Shown here: positions 1-13,337 of the stretch, piece by piece
Position numbering within the stretch: the first letter of the stretch is position 1
Layout of the letters: each line of letters begins with the position of its first letter
From: Octopus vulgaris
Lineage: Eukaryota
DNA: 64,000 nt
Direction: 5' to 3'
NCBI GenBank assembly: GCA_951406725.2
Contig: OX597820.1
Coordinates: 10,912,001-10,976,000 of the forward strand
Position numbers and translations under genes: made by a program
The notes under the pieces: generated by a model
What the model saw: the letters and a program-made list of their open reading frames with translations, nothing else
Told to the model about the DNA's origin: nothing
Databases searched by the model: none

Positions 1-579
1 GAGGAGAATATCAATGTTTTTAATTTCGTGTTTAGCTGTCTCATAGTTGGTACATCAAGCAAATTTACTCAGATGTAATCCGAATAGAACTGATGCAAAA
101 ATTAGCATTTAGCTGACTTTCTATGAGTGTACATATCTAGATAATAGTGATAGAGGGAGTTTAAATTTGCAACTCTGAGCAGTATGAAAGGAGTGAGATA
201 GTTCGGGATAAATTTGTTTATTGAAGTCGAAAACGACGAACTATTTAACTAACAGTAAAATTAAATATATGTCTTCAATGCGTCAGAAGATACACTGGAA
301 CAGCTGTTGTTGGTTGAACATTGAAATGTGATACAAACAAATTACAAATGAACAGACTCTTCCAGATAGAGTACCTTAGCTCCAAACGTCGGAACGAGAG
401 AAATTAGTGCCTGGAAACGTTACCATAAGTGGTAGATGTCAAACAGTGTGACATAAAAAAACACTTGCAGGTTTATAGTGTAAGGGGTCAGATTAGTGAA
501 AGACAAGTATGATATAGATAGGTGAGGTTGGGACGACGTTCATAGAGGTTGATGTAGAATAGAAACTACGGAAGACTAA

Positions 580-1178
580 GGCAGCGACCTGGCAGAAACG
601 TTAGCACGCCGGGCGCAATAGCGGTATTTTGTCTGTCGCTACGTTCTGAGTTTAAATTCCACCGAGGTCGACTTTGCCTTTCATTCTTTCGGGGTCGATA
701 AATTAAGTACCAGTTACGTACTGGGGTCGATGTAATCGACTTAATCCGTTTGTCTGTCCTTGTTTGTCCCCTCTATGTTTAGCCCCTTGTGAGTAGTAAA
801 GAAATAGAAATAGGTATTTCGCCTGCAGCTACGTTTGATTTTAAATTCCACCGAGGTCGACTTTTCCTTTCATCCTTTCGGGGTCGATTAAATAAGTACC
901 AGTTACGCACTGGGGTCGATATAATCGACTTAATCCGTTTGTCCTTGTTTGTCCTCTCTGTGTTTCGTCCCTTGTGGGTAGTAAAAAATAGGTATCCTGT
1001 CTGCCGCTACATTCTAAGTTCAAATTCCGCCGAGGTCGACTTTGCCTTTCATCCTTTCGGGGTTGATAAATTAAGTATCAGCTACGCACTGAGGTCGATG
1101 TAATCGGCTTAATCCGTCCGTCTGTCTGTCCTTGTTTGTCCCCTCTATGTTTAGCCCCTTGTGGGCAATAAATTAATG
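580..1178 (+). mobile_element. tRNA-derived SINE family A, head plus three tandem ~190-bp body units
   Basis: A-box-like TGGCAGAAACGTTAG and B-box-like GAGTTCAAATTCC; body repeated 3 times; 16-bp TSD AGAAACTACGGAAGAC at 561-576 and 1179-1194. Confidence 0.9.
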
Positions 1179-1820
1179 AGAAACTACGGAAGACAATATA
1201 AGAACATAAGCAAATAGACTCTCTTATATAAAAGTTATATAGGTGACAACAAACAGCTAAATTAGAGGTAAATGTCAGAAGGACTTATATATTTTTTACG
1301 AGAAAGTGGAAGAGACAATGCTAACACGTTAATTGCCCGAGTATTTGGTAACATCGGTCAATATACTAAATTATACAGTAGTAGACGTGTGCAATATACA
1401 AAGTAAAAGATTAAAATTGTCTTCGACGCCACCTGCATGGCGATTAGTTATGTGTGTGAAAACGGATTTAATCAGTCAAATATTAAACAACTAGAATTTA
1501 TCCTCGTATGCCAAACACGTCCGACGTCTACCATACTTCAGGATAAAAAAAAATCCTGCAAGACTTTAATCAGAGAAAATAATTTTGGCTTTCAGAACAT
1601 GTATGTAAATTTACTTTAGCTATTTAATATTGTAATTATTTAATATAGTACTTATTTAATATGCTTGCGAATACATAACTGTTGACTAATCATCATGCGG
1701 ACGGCGTCAAGAGACAAATTCAATGTCACATTTTAACTTAATTGTAAATCAAGGAGAGTTTTGGTTTAAACCCTTGGTCAGCTCTAAATCAGACTTGTGA
1801 CCACATTCATGCCAGTCGTG

Positions 1821-2048
1821 TTTCTGTATTACCCACAAGGGGCTAAACACAAAGGATCAAACAAGGACAGACAAACGGATTAAGTCGATTACATCGACCC
1901 CAGTGCGTAACTGGTACTTATTTAATCGACCCCGAAAGGATGAAAGGCAAAGTCGACCTCGGCGGAATTTGAACTCAGAACGGTACGGCAGACGAAATAC
2001 GGCTAAGCATTTCGCCCGGTGTGCTAACGATTCTGCCAGCTCGCCGCC
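1821..2048 (-). mobile_element. SINE family A
   Basis: Reverse complement of the family A monomer. Confidence 0.9.
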
Positions 2049-2189
2049 TTTCCATGTCAGTCATGACCATCGCATCTGTGTCAGGCATTTGTATCATTTG
2101 TATCCTTTCTGTTTCTAAGTAGTAAGGTCTGATTGTAGATAGAGTTTGCTGTTATAGCTAGTATATTAAGCGAACACACAAGATTCCGA

Positions 2190-3089
2190 GGTAATTCCAT
2201 GTTAGAAAAGTGAGGGAGGATACAAACACTCCTGCAAACCCTAGTGGAACAAATCCCATCATAACTGTTGAGGAACTAGCAGAGAAACTTGGATTGGGTC
2301 ATTCAACCATTCATCGACGCCTGTGTGGCATCGGAAAAGTCAGAAAATTGGGTCAGTGGGTTCCTCACAAATCCTCCGAGTCTAATCGCGTGCAGAGAGT
2401 GAATGTGTGCTCTTTTTTGCTGTCACGTCTCACGAATGAACCATTTTTGGACCGAATCACTATTCGGTAACTGGTGACGAGAAATCGGTTCTCTATAAAC
2501 GTATCAAGTGCCGAAAAGAGTGTGTAGAGAAAGGAGAAACACCGGCGCACCAGACTAAAGAAGGCATTCACTTACGTAATGTGTTGCTATCTGTTTGGTG
2601 GGATATGAAAGGTTTAGTTCACTTTGACCTAATAAACCCAAACCAAATGATAACAAAGGAGATCTACTGCGAGCAGCTTGAGCGGCTTAAATCAGAGCCT
2701 GAAGGAAAACGGTTTTTTGGTTTTAAGACGAAAGGATATTCCGTTTGGATAATGCTCGGCCACATGCACCGAGGATGACATTCCAAAGGCTGGAGCAGTT
2801 TGAACGGGAAACGATGCCCCACCTACCATCTTCGCCGGAAATTGTCCCATCTGATTATCATTTATTCCAGAGTCTTCAGAATCATTTGGAAGGGAAAAAG
2901 TATGAATTCTGTAGAGGTGTAAACAGTAGTGGAGGAGTAACTTTCGTCACGGACATGAGAATTTTGGAAAACGGAATTTGCAAGTCACCAGATGGACGGA
3001 AGGGCATTATAGAAAATGGAGAGTATAGTTTATATTTAAAAATAAAAGAAATATTTTTTTTAAAGCATTATTTATGCGCTGGCCCAATA
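2190..3089 (+). pseudogene. Decayed mariner (DD34D) transposase
   Basis: Motifs across frameshifts: WVPH, TGDEK, LSVWWD, DNARPH, SPEIVPSDYHLF; TIR-like end ...GGCCCAATA followed by TA. Confidence 0.9.
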
Positions 3090-3099
3090 TATAACTGGG

Positions 3100-3402
3100 G
3101 ACCTTGGTGCAACTGAAGGAGAACATCAATGGAGAGATCTCTGAAGTGATCTTTGAAACTCTTGAGGGCGTTATAGTGCAAGGTTTGGAAAGAGCACGGG
3201 TCGGTGAAACCAAAAATGGCTGCGATGTCATTTTAATCGATGTCATTTTCATATGTGATGTAATGGCGTTGCAAAATTTCACTTGTGCATAGTAATTTCC
3301 ATTATGTTCTTTTATATCGTATCAAAATTTCATATATTTATTTGTAAAGTTAAGGAAATTATTAAAAATTGAAACCCATCAATAACTTTTGGGACACCCT
3401 GT
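3100..3402 (+). mobile_element. 3' fragment of a second Tc1/mariner-superfamily element
   Basis: Peptide QLKENINGEISEVIFETLEGV...DVIF resembles a Tc1/mariner C-terminus; ends in TTTTGGGACACCCTG-TA (CAGGGTGTCCCAAAA-type TIR). Confidence 0.6.
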
Positions 3403-4006
3403 ATTAGAAACCGCTACTGTTTCTACAAAACCTGCTGTTCATCTCTCGTTTCCGAATTCCCCACAAACTCTCACTTCCATTGACATAACTCACATCAAAA
3501 GGCAACACGGTGAGTGTAAAACAATAAACCGATGTAATTCTCGCTTAAAAGGTTCATATTTTGTTAATACACTATCATGTAAACTTAACACCTGGTTAAA
3601 CATTTGTGCGAGAATTAAAAAAAAAACTGCAAGGGATCAATCTGTAATTCACTTCTTCGTCATGAATAAAAGATCAATAAAATCATAGGTTGCTACAATT
3701 GACAATATTTACACCCTTAAAAATACCGTTATAGTCATATTTCAAACGAAATCAATAATGAGATATAATGCTTATAAAAGATAATACATTATTTCCATAA
3801 TCAGCATATTATTTAGGTTTTATGATTATTCACATGAATATCTGAACTGTGTTTGCGTTTGTTTATTTCTCCGTTTTATGTAAATTTACCTAATGTAAAT
3901 CAATAAATAATGAAAACATGAAAGGTGAAGATGAGGCGGTGGCGATGTTGAAATAAATATTTCTACGTATATTCGTGTTAATTGATCAACTGTTAAGTAA
4001 TTCTCT

Positions 4007-4343
4007 CTATATGTATATATATGTGTGTGTGTGTGTGTGTGTGCGTATGTGTGTGTGTGTGTGTGTGCGTATGTGTGTGTGTCTCTGTGTGTCTGTGTAT
4101 GTGTGTATACATACACACACATATATATATATATATATATGTATATGTGTATGTATATACGTATATATATATATATGTGTGTGTGTGTGTATGTATACAT
4201 ATATATATAAGTATGTATATACGTATATGTAGATATGTATATATATATACGTATATGTAGATACGTATATATATATATGTGTGTCTGTGTACATATATAT
4301 ATGTTTATACGTATATGTACATACGTATATATATGTGGGTGTG

Positions 4344-4378
<35 letters not shown>

Positions 4379-4458
4379 ATGTACATATATAAGTATATAA
4401 GTGTGTGTATGTATATATATATATATATCTGTGTGTGTGTCTATTAATGTATATATAA

Positions 4459-4492
<34 letters not shown>

Positions 4493-4585
4493 GTATATAT
4501 ATATATATATAAATGTATATATAAACGTATATATATATATGTGTGTGTGTGTGTTTATATATATATGTATGTATATATATATATA
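4007..4585. repeat. Compound (TG)n/(TA)n microsatellite
   Basis: Seen directly. Confidence 0.95.
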
Positions 4586-4989
4586 TTGATTGGAAATAAA
4601 TAGCGACACTTCGATTTATGATGTGAAAATAAATATGTACCCTGATTATTGATCTATTATGCCTAATTATCGCACTATATTATGCAAACATACACTATTA
4701 ACATATTAACCACACACAAAGCAACAGCATCAACAAACACATGTGCGTATCTATATGTGTGTATGTATGTGTGTGTGTCTACAGGACTTTTGTTGTTATA
4801 TATATATATATACACATACACACATTATGTAGGTTCAGAAAACAAAATGGAGACGCTTAAAAGGAAGTAAGTTTAGAGGCATAGAAATAAGATATCTATT
4901 GACAATAACCAGTCTTTAGCTGACAACACGTTTCTGCCAAACAAACACGAAAAGAATGATTTGAAAGTAGTGTGTTGTAACATGCTTGC

Positions 4990-5290
4990 TTATAGGCTTT
5001 GTGGAACTATTGTAAACACCATAGTCGATGCAGTACGGCAAAATACGAAAAGAACTAATAGACCTTTCGAAGGCTTCATACACAGAAAAAAAATTGTTTC
5101 TTAGATACCTTAAACTAGGGTGGTCATCAATGAAGCTATTTATGTGTATGTGGTTAAAGTGCATATTGAAATATTGATCAATACGTGGAGAAGTATTCTG
5201 TAAAGTCATGTAATAAAAGTTTAGAGATTCTAAAATACAAAGACATTGGCAAACTTCTTTAATACTTGCAACTATTTCGTGTTGTAAAGA
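4990..5290 (+). pseudogene. Possible highly decayed MULE transposase fragment
   Basis: LWNY...DAVRQNTKRTNRPFEGFIH resembles the MULE C-terminal WN...RTNNxxEGxH motif; frameshifted. Confidence 0.35.
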
Positions 5291-5372
5291 AACAGTATTT
5301 CACCGCTTAATCGTATTTCACAAACAGTTCAGTCAAAACCTTTATGACAGTCTGTGGTGTGTTTTAAATATA

Positions 5373-5765
5373 CTAGCAGTATCGCCCGGCGTTGCTCGGG
5401 TTTGCTTCGACCCTTTAGAATTGGAATTTTTGAAAAGTAAAAGTTTTGCATTATGTAGTTTTTTATTCTCTTCAACTGAACATTTTTCTGGTTGAAATAC
5501 ACCGAAAAATGGCGACACATCAGTAAAAAAATCGTAAAAAATAGGGATTTTCATATAAAAAAAAGTACTGTTTTGATGTACATAATGTTTGATGTTAACA
5601 TGGTCCGATTTGAATCTTTTCTTCTACGGAAGGAAGAGCAATCCTTCTTCTATCATACTCTTAATTTTGGTCAACTTGCACCGCAGGGTCTCGGAGGAGA
5701 TAGTGTTAGTTGAAGGCTACCAAACCTGCCATACACAGACAACTTCAGCTTTATATATAGAGAGA
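5373..5765 (-). mobile_element. Non-autonomous Helitron
   Basis: Minus strand reads A|TC...CCCGAGCAACGCCGGG hairpin...CTAG|T; second copy at 51608-51980. Confidence 0.85.
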
Positions 5766-5775
5766 TATAGTATTG

Positions 5776-6200
5776 GGGCAGGCGTAGCTGTGTGGTAAGA
5801 AGCTTGCTTGCTTGTCCGCCACATGGTTCAGGGTTCAGTCCGACTGCATGGCACCTTGAGCAAGTGTCTTCTATAATGGTCACGGGTTAACCAAATCTAT
5901 GAGTGGATTTGGTAGACGGAAACTGAAAGAAGCCTGGCCTATACATAAATCCCTAGAGATTATGTCTTTGTCTTTGTATGTGTTTGTCTTTGTATGTGTA
6001 TTTGTCCTCCCCCCATCATCGATTGACAACTGGTGTTGGTGCGTGTACGTCTCCGTAACATAGCGGTTCGGCAAAAAAGAAAGAAAGAACACGTACCAGG
6101 ATTTACAAAAAAATAGGTTCTGAGTTCGATTTGTTTGACGAAAATTCTTCAAAGCGGTGACCCAGCATGGCCGCACTCTAATAACTGAAACAAGAACAAG
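5776..6200 (+). mobile_element. tRNA-derived SINE family B (CORE-like motif, internal TA/TG tract)
   Basis: Head GGCAGGCGTAGCTGTGTGGTAAG...GGTTCAGTCC; CACCTTGAGCAAGTGTCTT; tail CTGAAACAAG. Confidence 0.85.
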
Positions 6201-6234
6201 ATGGAAAATATGGAGATAAGTACATAAATATAAA

Positions 6235-6328
6235 GTGTCTTGCTTAAGAATACAACACGTAGCCTGGTCAGGGGTTCGAACTCACATCCTCACAATCGTA
6301 AGCTCGACGCTCTAACCATTGAGCCATA
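6235..6328 (-). mobile_element. tRNA-derived SINE head (fourth family)
   Basis: Minus strand TGGCTCAATGGTTAGAGCG...GTTCGAACCC followed by CORE-like CTTAAGCAAGACACTT. Confidence 0.6.
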
Positions 6329-6596
6329 TATATCAAAATTATCTATTCACTCACGACAGAAGCCCAAACGCAAATCTGGTAGTACCTATAATACTACTAC
6401 TGGATAACACAGGGTAAAACCTAAAGGTGGACGAGCTTTAGACTGTAATCTATTACATTTTTAACAGAATACACCGTAACTATACATACATACATACATA
6501 CATACATACATGCATACATACATACATACATACATACATACATACATACATACATACATGCATACATGCATACATACATATATATATATATATATA

Positions 6597-7700
6597 CTAG
6601 CAGAGATACCCGCCGTTCCCCGTGTTACCTACAATTGAAGAATTAGACTTTTCTGTTATATTTTTCTAATGAACTGGGATATCTATGTTTCGAATTTCAT
6701 CAAACTTGCGGATGGGGGTTATTTCCCTCTTTACACACCCTAAAAAAATTGTAATCGTGTCACATGTATCCCATACTACTGATTTTTATGCGCATATTCC
6801 AAAATTCCAGTTTTATTGAACCTGTTAAAAAGATTTTGCTCCTGAAAAATGAAGGTCATAGAGCTCTAAAATGTGAGAGTTAAGGCCCCTGTTGGGGGTA
6901 GGCATCTTAATGTCAACCAGAGAAGTTGAATTTTTTGAGAATCTTTTTTACTTGGGTCTTATATCTATTGTTTGAATTACAAATAATGCTCATCTTCTAT
7001 GCTTGGATGACCCCACAGCTTCTAAGAGTACAACTATTCGTCTTTGCTTAGATAGAATGACAAAATTGTGGGTGTTAAGTCCCCATGAAGGTATCTTTCT
7101 AACTTGTAAGAAAATGAAATTTTATAAATATTACTTCATTTTTATCTAATATCTATGGTTAAAATTTCCTCAACAGCAAAAATATATGAATTATCATGGG
7201 GGTTGTGGCCCTTATGCATAGAATATAATTTCCAAATTTCGTAAAGATCCATTCAGTCCTTTTGACTTAGTTTTGGATCATAAAAGAAATGACTAAAATT
7301 TGGGTGTTAAGGCCCCCATTAGCGTGTCTTAGAAGCCTCATGTGAAGTGGAAACTTTGAGAATACTTCTTGATGTGTGTCAATTATCCATGGTTGAAATT
7401 TCATCAACATCGAAGATTTATGAATTTTCTGCTCCTTTTAAGCCATCCGAAATTCAAACCAAACATATTGCATTATAGCCGCCCTTGTGCATTGAATCTA
7501 AGTTTCAAATATCATAAGGATCCATTCAGAAATATTGGTCCATGAAATTGTATGAAACGGTCAGCATTACCCTTCTCCCTGAGCCTCGATTTTGTGTTCC
7601 AAATTTCATTATGATCGGGGCAGCAGTTTTTTTGAATATATAAGTAATACTCGAACACATAAAGATATTGTCTTTGATATAATAAATATTAATGTACACA
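6597..7700 (-). mobile_element. Probable non-autonomous Helitron with diverged internal tandem repeats
   Basis: A|CTAGCAG...CCCG end; recurring GTTAAGGCCCC and GATCCATTCAG motifs at ~200-270 bp spacing; far end uncertain. Confidence 0.55.
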
Positions 7701-7708
7701 TATACATA

Positions 7709-7770
<62 letters not shown>

Positions 7771-7773
<3 letters not shown>

Positions 7774-8310
7774 CAACAAATTGAGGAACGGCCATAATAG
7801 GCCGTTCGACTCACTAGAAGAAGCAGTCAGGGCTTCAACCGCAAATAGTAGTAATTCCGTAAACAGAGAAAAATTAAAAAAACATTTACCCTGTTCATCT
7901 TTAGACAATGCATTGTTTCATCGTTTTTTAATGGTAAATCAGCCTGATTAAATTAAATCAAGTCAATCTTCCAAAGGCTAACGCAATTCATCAGTAAAGA
8001 GGCCAGGAGGGAGAGAAATTACACGAGGCAGCTACCATAATGCTTCGGCAATATCTGACCTAAAATTTTCAAAATCATCGTACAATTTTTTTAATTTTTT
8101 AAAATTTTCCTCTGTTTACGGAATTACTACTATTTGCGGTTGAAGCCCTGACTGCTTCTTCTAGTGAGTCGAACAGCCTATTATGGCCGTTCCTCAATTT
8201 GTTGTTAAATTTATGAATAGTCTCTGACTATTTCCTTTTTCTCACTAGACCGCTGGTGGCAAAATAAATTTCTGCTGAATTTTTTGCTACCCTAATATTG
8301 TTTAGTTTAT
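7771..8310 (+). mobile_element. Fold-back element in (TA)n, probable Penelope-like terminal repeat
   Basis: ~110-bp near-perfect inverted arms at 7771-7882 and 8095-8207; (TA)n on both sides. Confidence 0.6.
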
Positions 8311-8323
8311 ATATATATATATA

Positions 8324-9546
8324 CTAGCATTATGACCCGTCATTGCCGGGTCATAGTGCGAGAGCATGTATATATGTGTATATATATATGTGTACATATT
8401 ACATGTACATCTATATGTATACATCTACACATAATATACAAAATACAAAGTTATATCTTGATATCGCTAGTGATAACAATACTCAAAATATATAACAGAC
8501 TGGAATTGTAGGCCCGTCTCTTGTAATTTCGATCAATTGTATCTTGCCCTCCCTCTTGAATAGAAGTGTGGCTACAATCCAGCCTACCTCTACTTCTGGG
8601 GGGAGATTTTAAATTTTTGTCCGGGACGTCCTACGTCCCAGATATAAAGGTAAAAATAAAATATTTCCACTTTGCAAGATTCGAGTCGAGTACTTCCTTG
8701 CACGCTCCGTTGACTCGAACCTTGCTTCTATTGTGGCGAATTTACCGCCTCTGGTTAGATATCTTTCAAAGTCGCACCAAGACACTTTTCGATGGTGCTT
8801 TCCTCCAGGTGTTCAAATCTTTTTTTCTCTACATTGTATACTTTATAGACAATAGTCTTTTCTTTAATTTAATTTTTTATTTCGTTTAGTAGTGTTATCC
8901 TAGATTCACTATCTTTGTCGGTGATCAATCCGAAATAGGTTTGTATTTCTTCCATTTTTATTTTAATGAGTTCGCGCCCGCCGACGGCTGCAGCGGAATT
9001 CATTTTGGGGCTTTCTTCTATCGAAGGCTTTCTAACAAAAATGCTTCCGTATAAACGGTGAAAATATTGTCAATTTCCACAAACAGGGACACAGTTCAAT
9101 GTTTAAATAATAAGCTACTTCTTCCAAAGGGGGAGGGTTACAGTTTACAATTATTTAACAAATGCAACACAACAATGTTTCCCTTACGAGGAACCAACAA
9201 ACGTGATAACAATAGTTAAACAGTAATAATAATAACAACAAACCTTACGGTGAATCAAAAAGTTATAGTCCTTTATGTATAAGAAATAAACCAACAGCAG
9301 TACTCAGTAGAAGCGGCTGTTCGAGAAAACAGACATTACATACAGCCAAAATTCATATAGATACTTATCGTAGTGGATAAGATATGATATTGTTGTGGGC
9401 TCGCCCTAGGCAAAAAGTTAAAAGATATTTTGCCGATGATACTCCCCGGACCCTAAGTAAGGCATGTGTAAAATTTGAGTGAATTTTGTTTGTGTAGTTC
9501 TCAAGTTTTAGGGAAACACACAGACAGACAGACATACATTCTCAGT

Positions 9547-9550
<4 letters not shown>
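8324..9550 (-). mobile_element. Probable non-autonomous Helitron
   Basis: A|CTAGCATTATGACCCG...CGGGTCATAGTGC terminal hairpin; other end CACAGACAGACAGACATACATTCTCAGTTATATAT resembles Helitron 5' ends seen here. Confidence 0.55.
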
Positions 9551-9596
<46 letters not shown>

Positions 9597-9606
9597 TGTG
9601 TATATG

Positions 9607-9660
<54 letters not shown>

Positions 9661-10172
9661 TATTCATATACATTCTAAGTTCTTCGTTGATCGAATAACT
9701 GTTTCAAATTTCAGTTACCACAATTTACGGCTCTAATAAGGAAGCGTGTAGCTGAACTTCGATTTGTTTAGCATAACTAATTATGCTTGTCTCGTACTTT
9801 GACGTATACAATTCCCTGGTGTGATTCGAGTGATCGTCTTCAGTTTCTAAATAATTATTGACGTCACAGTGGCTTCGTACTGAAATGTGATAATTTTTAC
9901 ATAGCTTAGTACACGGCCTCCAAAATTGATGACAGAACGGGAAATAGTTATCAAAACAGAGACTGAAAATTGAATATTTACAATAGATAAGACAGTGCTA
10001 GTTCACCTATATAACATGCGGCAATTTAAATCTAGCGATTTTTAAATCTGCCGCAAAATTACAATTCAACATTAAACTGATATACGTACCGATGTTTATA
10101 AGGTTGAATGGCACGAGTTTTAAAAGAATTAACTGATAAAAATGCGGTGTTTCGCTCATAACTTCTGTAGTT

Positions 10173-10216
10173 CACCAGACACTGTGTTTCGACAAGATTT
10201 GGTCTCTTCAGTGACG
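10173..10216 (-). ncRNA. Minimal type-I hammerhead ribozyme (predicted)
   Basis: CGUCA-CUGAAGA-GAC(CAAAUCUU)GUC-GAA-ACAC(A)GUGU-C-UGGUG; canonical core and GUC triplet. Confidence 0.75.
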
Positions 10217-10459
10217 TGTATCCCACGTATTCTGAGTTAAGCTGAAAATGCCAGTTACAATATGACGGAATTTTTTTTCTTGGACAATTCAAAATGCTTG
10301 TTCCCTTATCGAGGAATATCTTTTTGCCTGTTTATAGCGTTGGTTCTCGCAAGAAATTATGCGTAACTATTGATAAATGAAGTAATGCATACAGTGATAT
10401 TTAATTGTTTTGCATCACTGACAAAGAAAGTATCATAATTTTATCTTTAATAGGCATAC

Positions 10460-10889
10460 TCTCTTTTACTCTTTTACTTGTTTCAGTAATTTGACTGCGG
10501 CCATGCTGGAGCACCACCTTTTTTAGTCTAGCAAATCAACCCCAGGAATTATTCTTTGTAAGCCTAGTACTTATTCTATCGTTCTCTTTTGCCGAACCGC
10601 TAAGTTACGGGGACGTAGACAGACCAGCGTCGGTTGTCAAGCGCTGTTGGGGAGGGGGACAAACACAAACACACATACATACACACACATACACACTTAT
10701 ATATATATATACGACGGGCTTCATTCAGTTTCCGTCTACCAAATCCACTCACAAGGCTTTGGTCGGCCCGAGACTATAGTAGAAGACACTTGCTCAAGGT
10801 GCCACGCAGTGGGACTGAACCCGGAACTATGTGGTTGGGAAGCAAGCTTCTTACTACACAGCCACATATATATGTATGTATATGTGTGT

Positions 10890-10929
<40 letters not shown>

Positions 10930-10956
10930 CTTACCACACAGCCACTCCTGCGCCTG
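10460..10956 (-). mobile_element. SINE family B, head interrupted by a (TA)n tract
   Basis: Reverse complement of family B; ACACAGCCAC repeated around the TA tract. Confidence 0.9.
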
Positions 10957-13106
10957 GCTACTTACCCCACAGCCACTCCTGCCTGCTTTATTTATTATTG
11001 TTTTTGCACTTCTCAGGAAAAGAAACTGGTGCTTAGCTGTGAAGTTGTTACCGACTGTAGTGTCTTTCACTGAAATGTGGTTAATTGACCTTTATCTAAA
11101 TGTGACTGTCTTAGTTCATAGCCTATGTATAGAACAGTACATAGACACTGAGCAATCGATTCAAATGTAAAGATATTCCTTCTGCTGCATTTTATCGAAA
11201 TAACGTACGAATAGTTATCGAGATAAAATCAATTTTGGTATCTATATCAACAGAGTAGAGCAGTTAAAAAAAACTTTATAATATATCAATAAAATGTCTC
11301 TATTGAAATCTGACAATATGATAAAGCAATATCAAATTTAAATAAGGTGGGGAAAATGAGAGATATTTCAATTTTTAACAATTAATAAAGTCTGTCTGGA
11401 ATAGATTTATCTGTGCAATATTATTGCACAGATATAAATTTGGACATTCATAAAATACAGTGATTATGTGTAATGTCCATATATATATATATATATATAT
11501 ATATATCAACCAATGTGTGTAGGCTTATGTATGTATGTGTGTATAAGAGTGTGTGTAATTTATATATACATATGAATGTGTGTGTTTACAAATATTTATT
11601 AAATATATGTGTGTATATGTGTATTCGTGTTCACTACATATGTCTAAGCTGTATATTTGTTTTCTATGTGTATACGTACAATCCATTTGCCAGTACTGCA
11701 ATGTCCGCCATAATATGATGTCTACCATAGATAGTGGCTAGATCTATTTCAAGCGTTTATTTATTGGATGTGCTTTCAGCTTTGTCATTTTCCCGCAACG
11801 GCTTTCTGTGCATAACAGTTCTAGAGAACCAACTACGATATCACCAACACAATAACGATGATGATAACACAGATGCTGCTGCGGCTGCTGCTGGTGGTGA
11901 ATAATATGTTGATGTTACAGATTACGATGATGTTGATGATCACGGTGATCGCTATAGTAATGATCGTAATGTTAGTAAGTAGCGATGATCGATAATTATA
12001 AGTGTTATCTTTTAGGACTTAATATTAGAAAGTGGTAATGGTGGATAAAATAATAACCAGTGTTGGTGATATTAGTAACATTAGTAGTAAATATAACGTT
12101 AAGAGTTACGTGATATAATGTTGATGTTTATGGTGTGTGTACTATCATTCTCCTTCATACCCATTTTTATAGCTCTCATATTCTTATTCTCATTATATGT
12201 ATTTCCTTAATTGCCCCCTTTTTATTGTAATTACACTGAGTGCAGATAACCACGCTTTTAAATCTATCTTGTTTTCGTTTCGCTAATCATTTGCAAAGCA
12301 CATTATCGTCTGCATTATCCCGTAATTGTTTTATCTAACTCTAGTTCGAAAATAATTAAACGAATACAAATTTCTATGACGCAAAGGTTACTATAATATA
12401 TTTAAAATATTTTTTTGTACAGTGTCTAATCCAGTGTGTTCGGGGTTGCATTTTCAGAAACAAAGAGAGACATGACTACAAGTTAATTAATTTTTACATT
12501 GTAAGAAATAAACAAAAGATCGATCATCGTCTCAGGCAGTTTTTCGTCTTCAAAGAAAATTGGAGAAAACAAAAATAAGAAAATAAATTTCCTTGGAAGC
12601 AATGTTTTTGTACTATTGTCTAACTCACGTGTCGTGTATTAATACGTACATAGACTACATTGCTTGTAAACTAAACCATATGAAACACAGCATCTTATTT
12701 GTAAATACTGTAGAAAAATACCAATTTATATGCCAGTCCTTATACGTACTTACATTGTGAATATTTGAAACGTGAATTCAAGTGCATGATGTTTTTTAAT
12801 AGGCTCGTGCGATATGTGTTCTAGTAATTGAAAATTCTCTTGCTAAAAACTACTATCGTTATACGCCAAGAGTTTTAAAGTTGAAAGCTACCATCTCTTT
12901 GTATGGTAGCACTGTAACAAATTAATGTTTGTTGTAGAGCTCAGAAAATGATATTCAGTATTACAGAAAAAACAAGAATAATTGTATAAGTTTGGTAGCA
13001 CGAGATCGTGCCATTAGAATTAGTATCTTGAGCAGTTAATTTATGCAGATAGAACAATTACAGAAAAATACGTTTAATCCTATAAGGATAATAGCTCGAG
13101 ATTGGG

Positions 13107-13337
13107 GGCGGCGAGCTGGCAGAACCGTTAGCCCGCCGGGTGGAATGCGTAGCCGTATTTCGTCTGCCGTTACGTTCTGAGTTCAAATACCACCGAGGTC
13201 GACTTTGCTTTTCATCCTTTCGAGAGCGATAAATTAAGTACCAGTTACGCACTGGGGTCGATGTAATCGACTTAATCCGTTTGTCTGTCCTTGTTTGTCC
13301 CCTCTATGTTTAGCCCCTTGTAGGTAATAAAGAAACA
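13107..13337 (+). mobile_element. SINE family A
   Basis: Full monomer; 16-bp TSD GATAATAGCTCGAGAT at 13087-13102 and 13338-13353. Confidence 0.92.

Noticed and set aside
620-1178. Regularly spaced repeats as a CRISPR array
   Set aside because: Units are wholly homologous SINE bodies with no unique spacers, in a eukaryotic context
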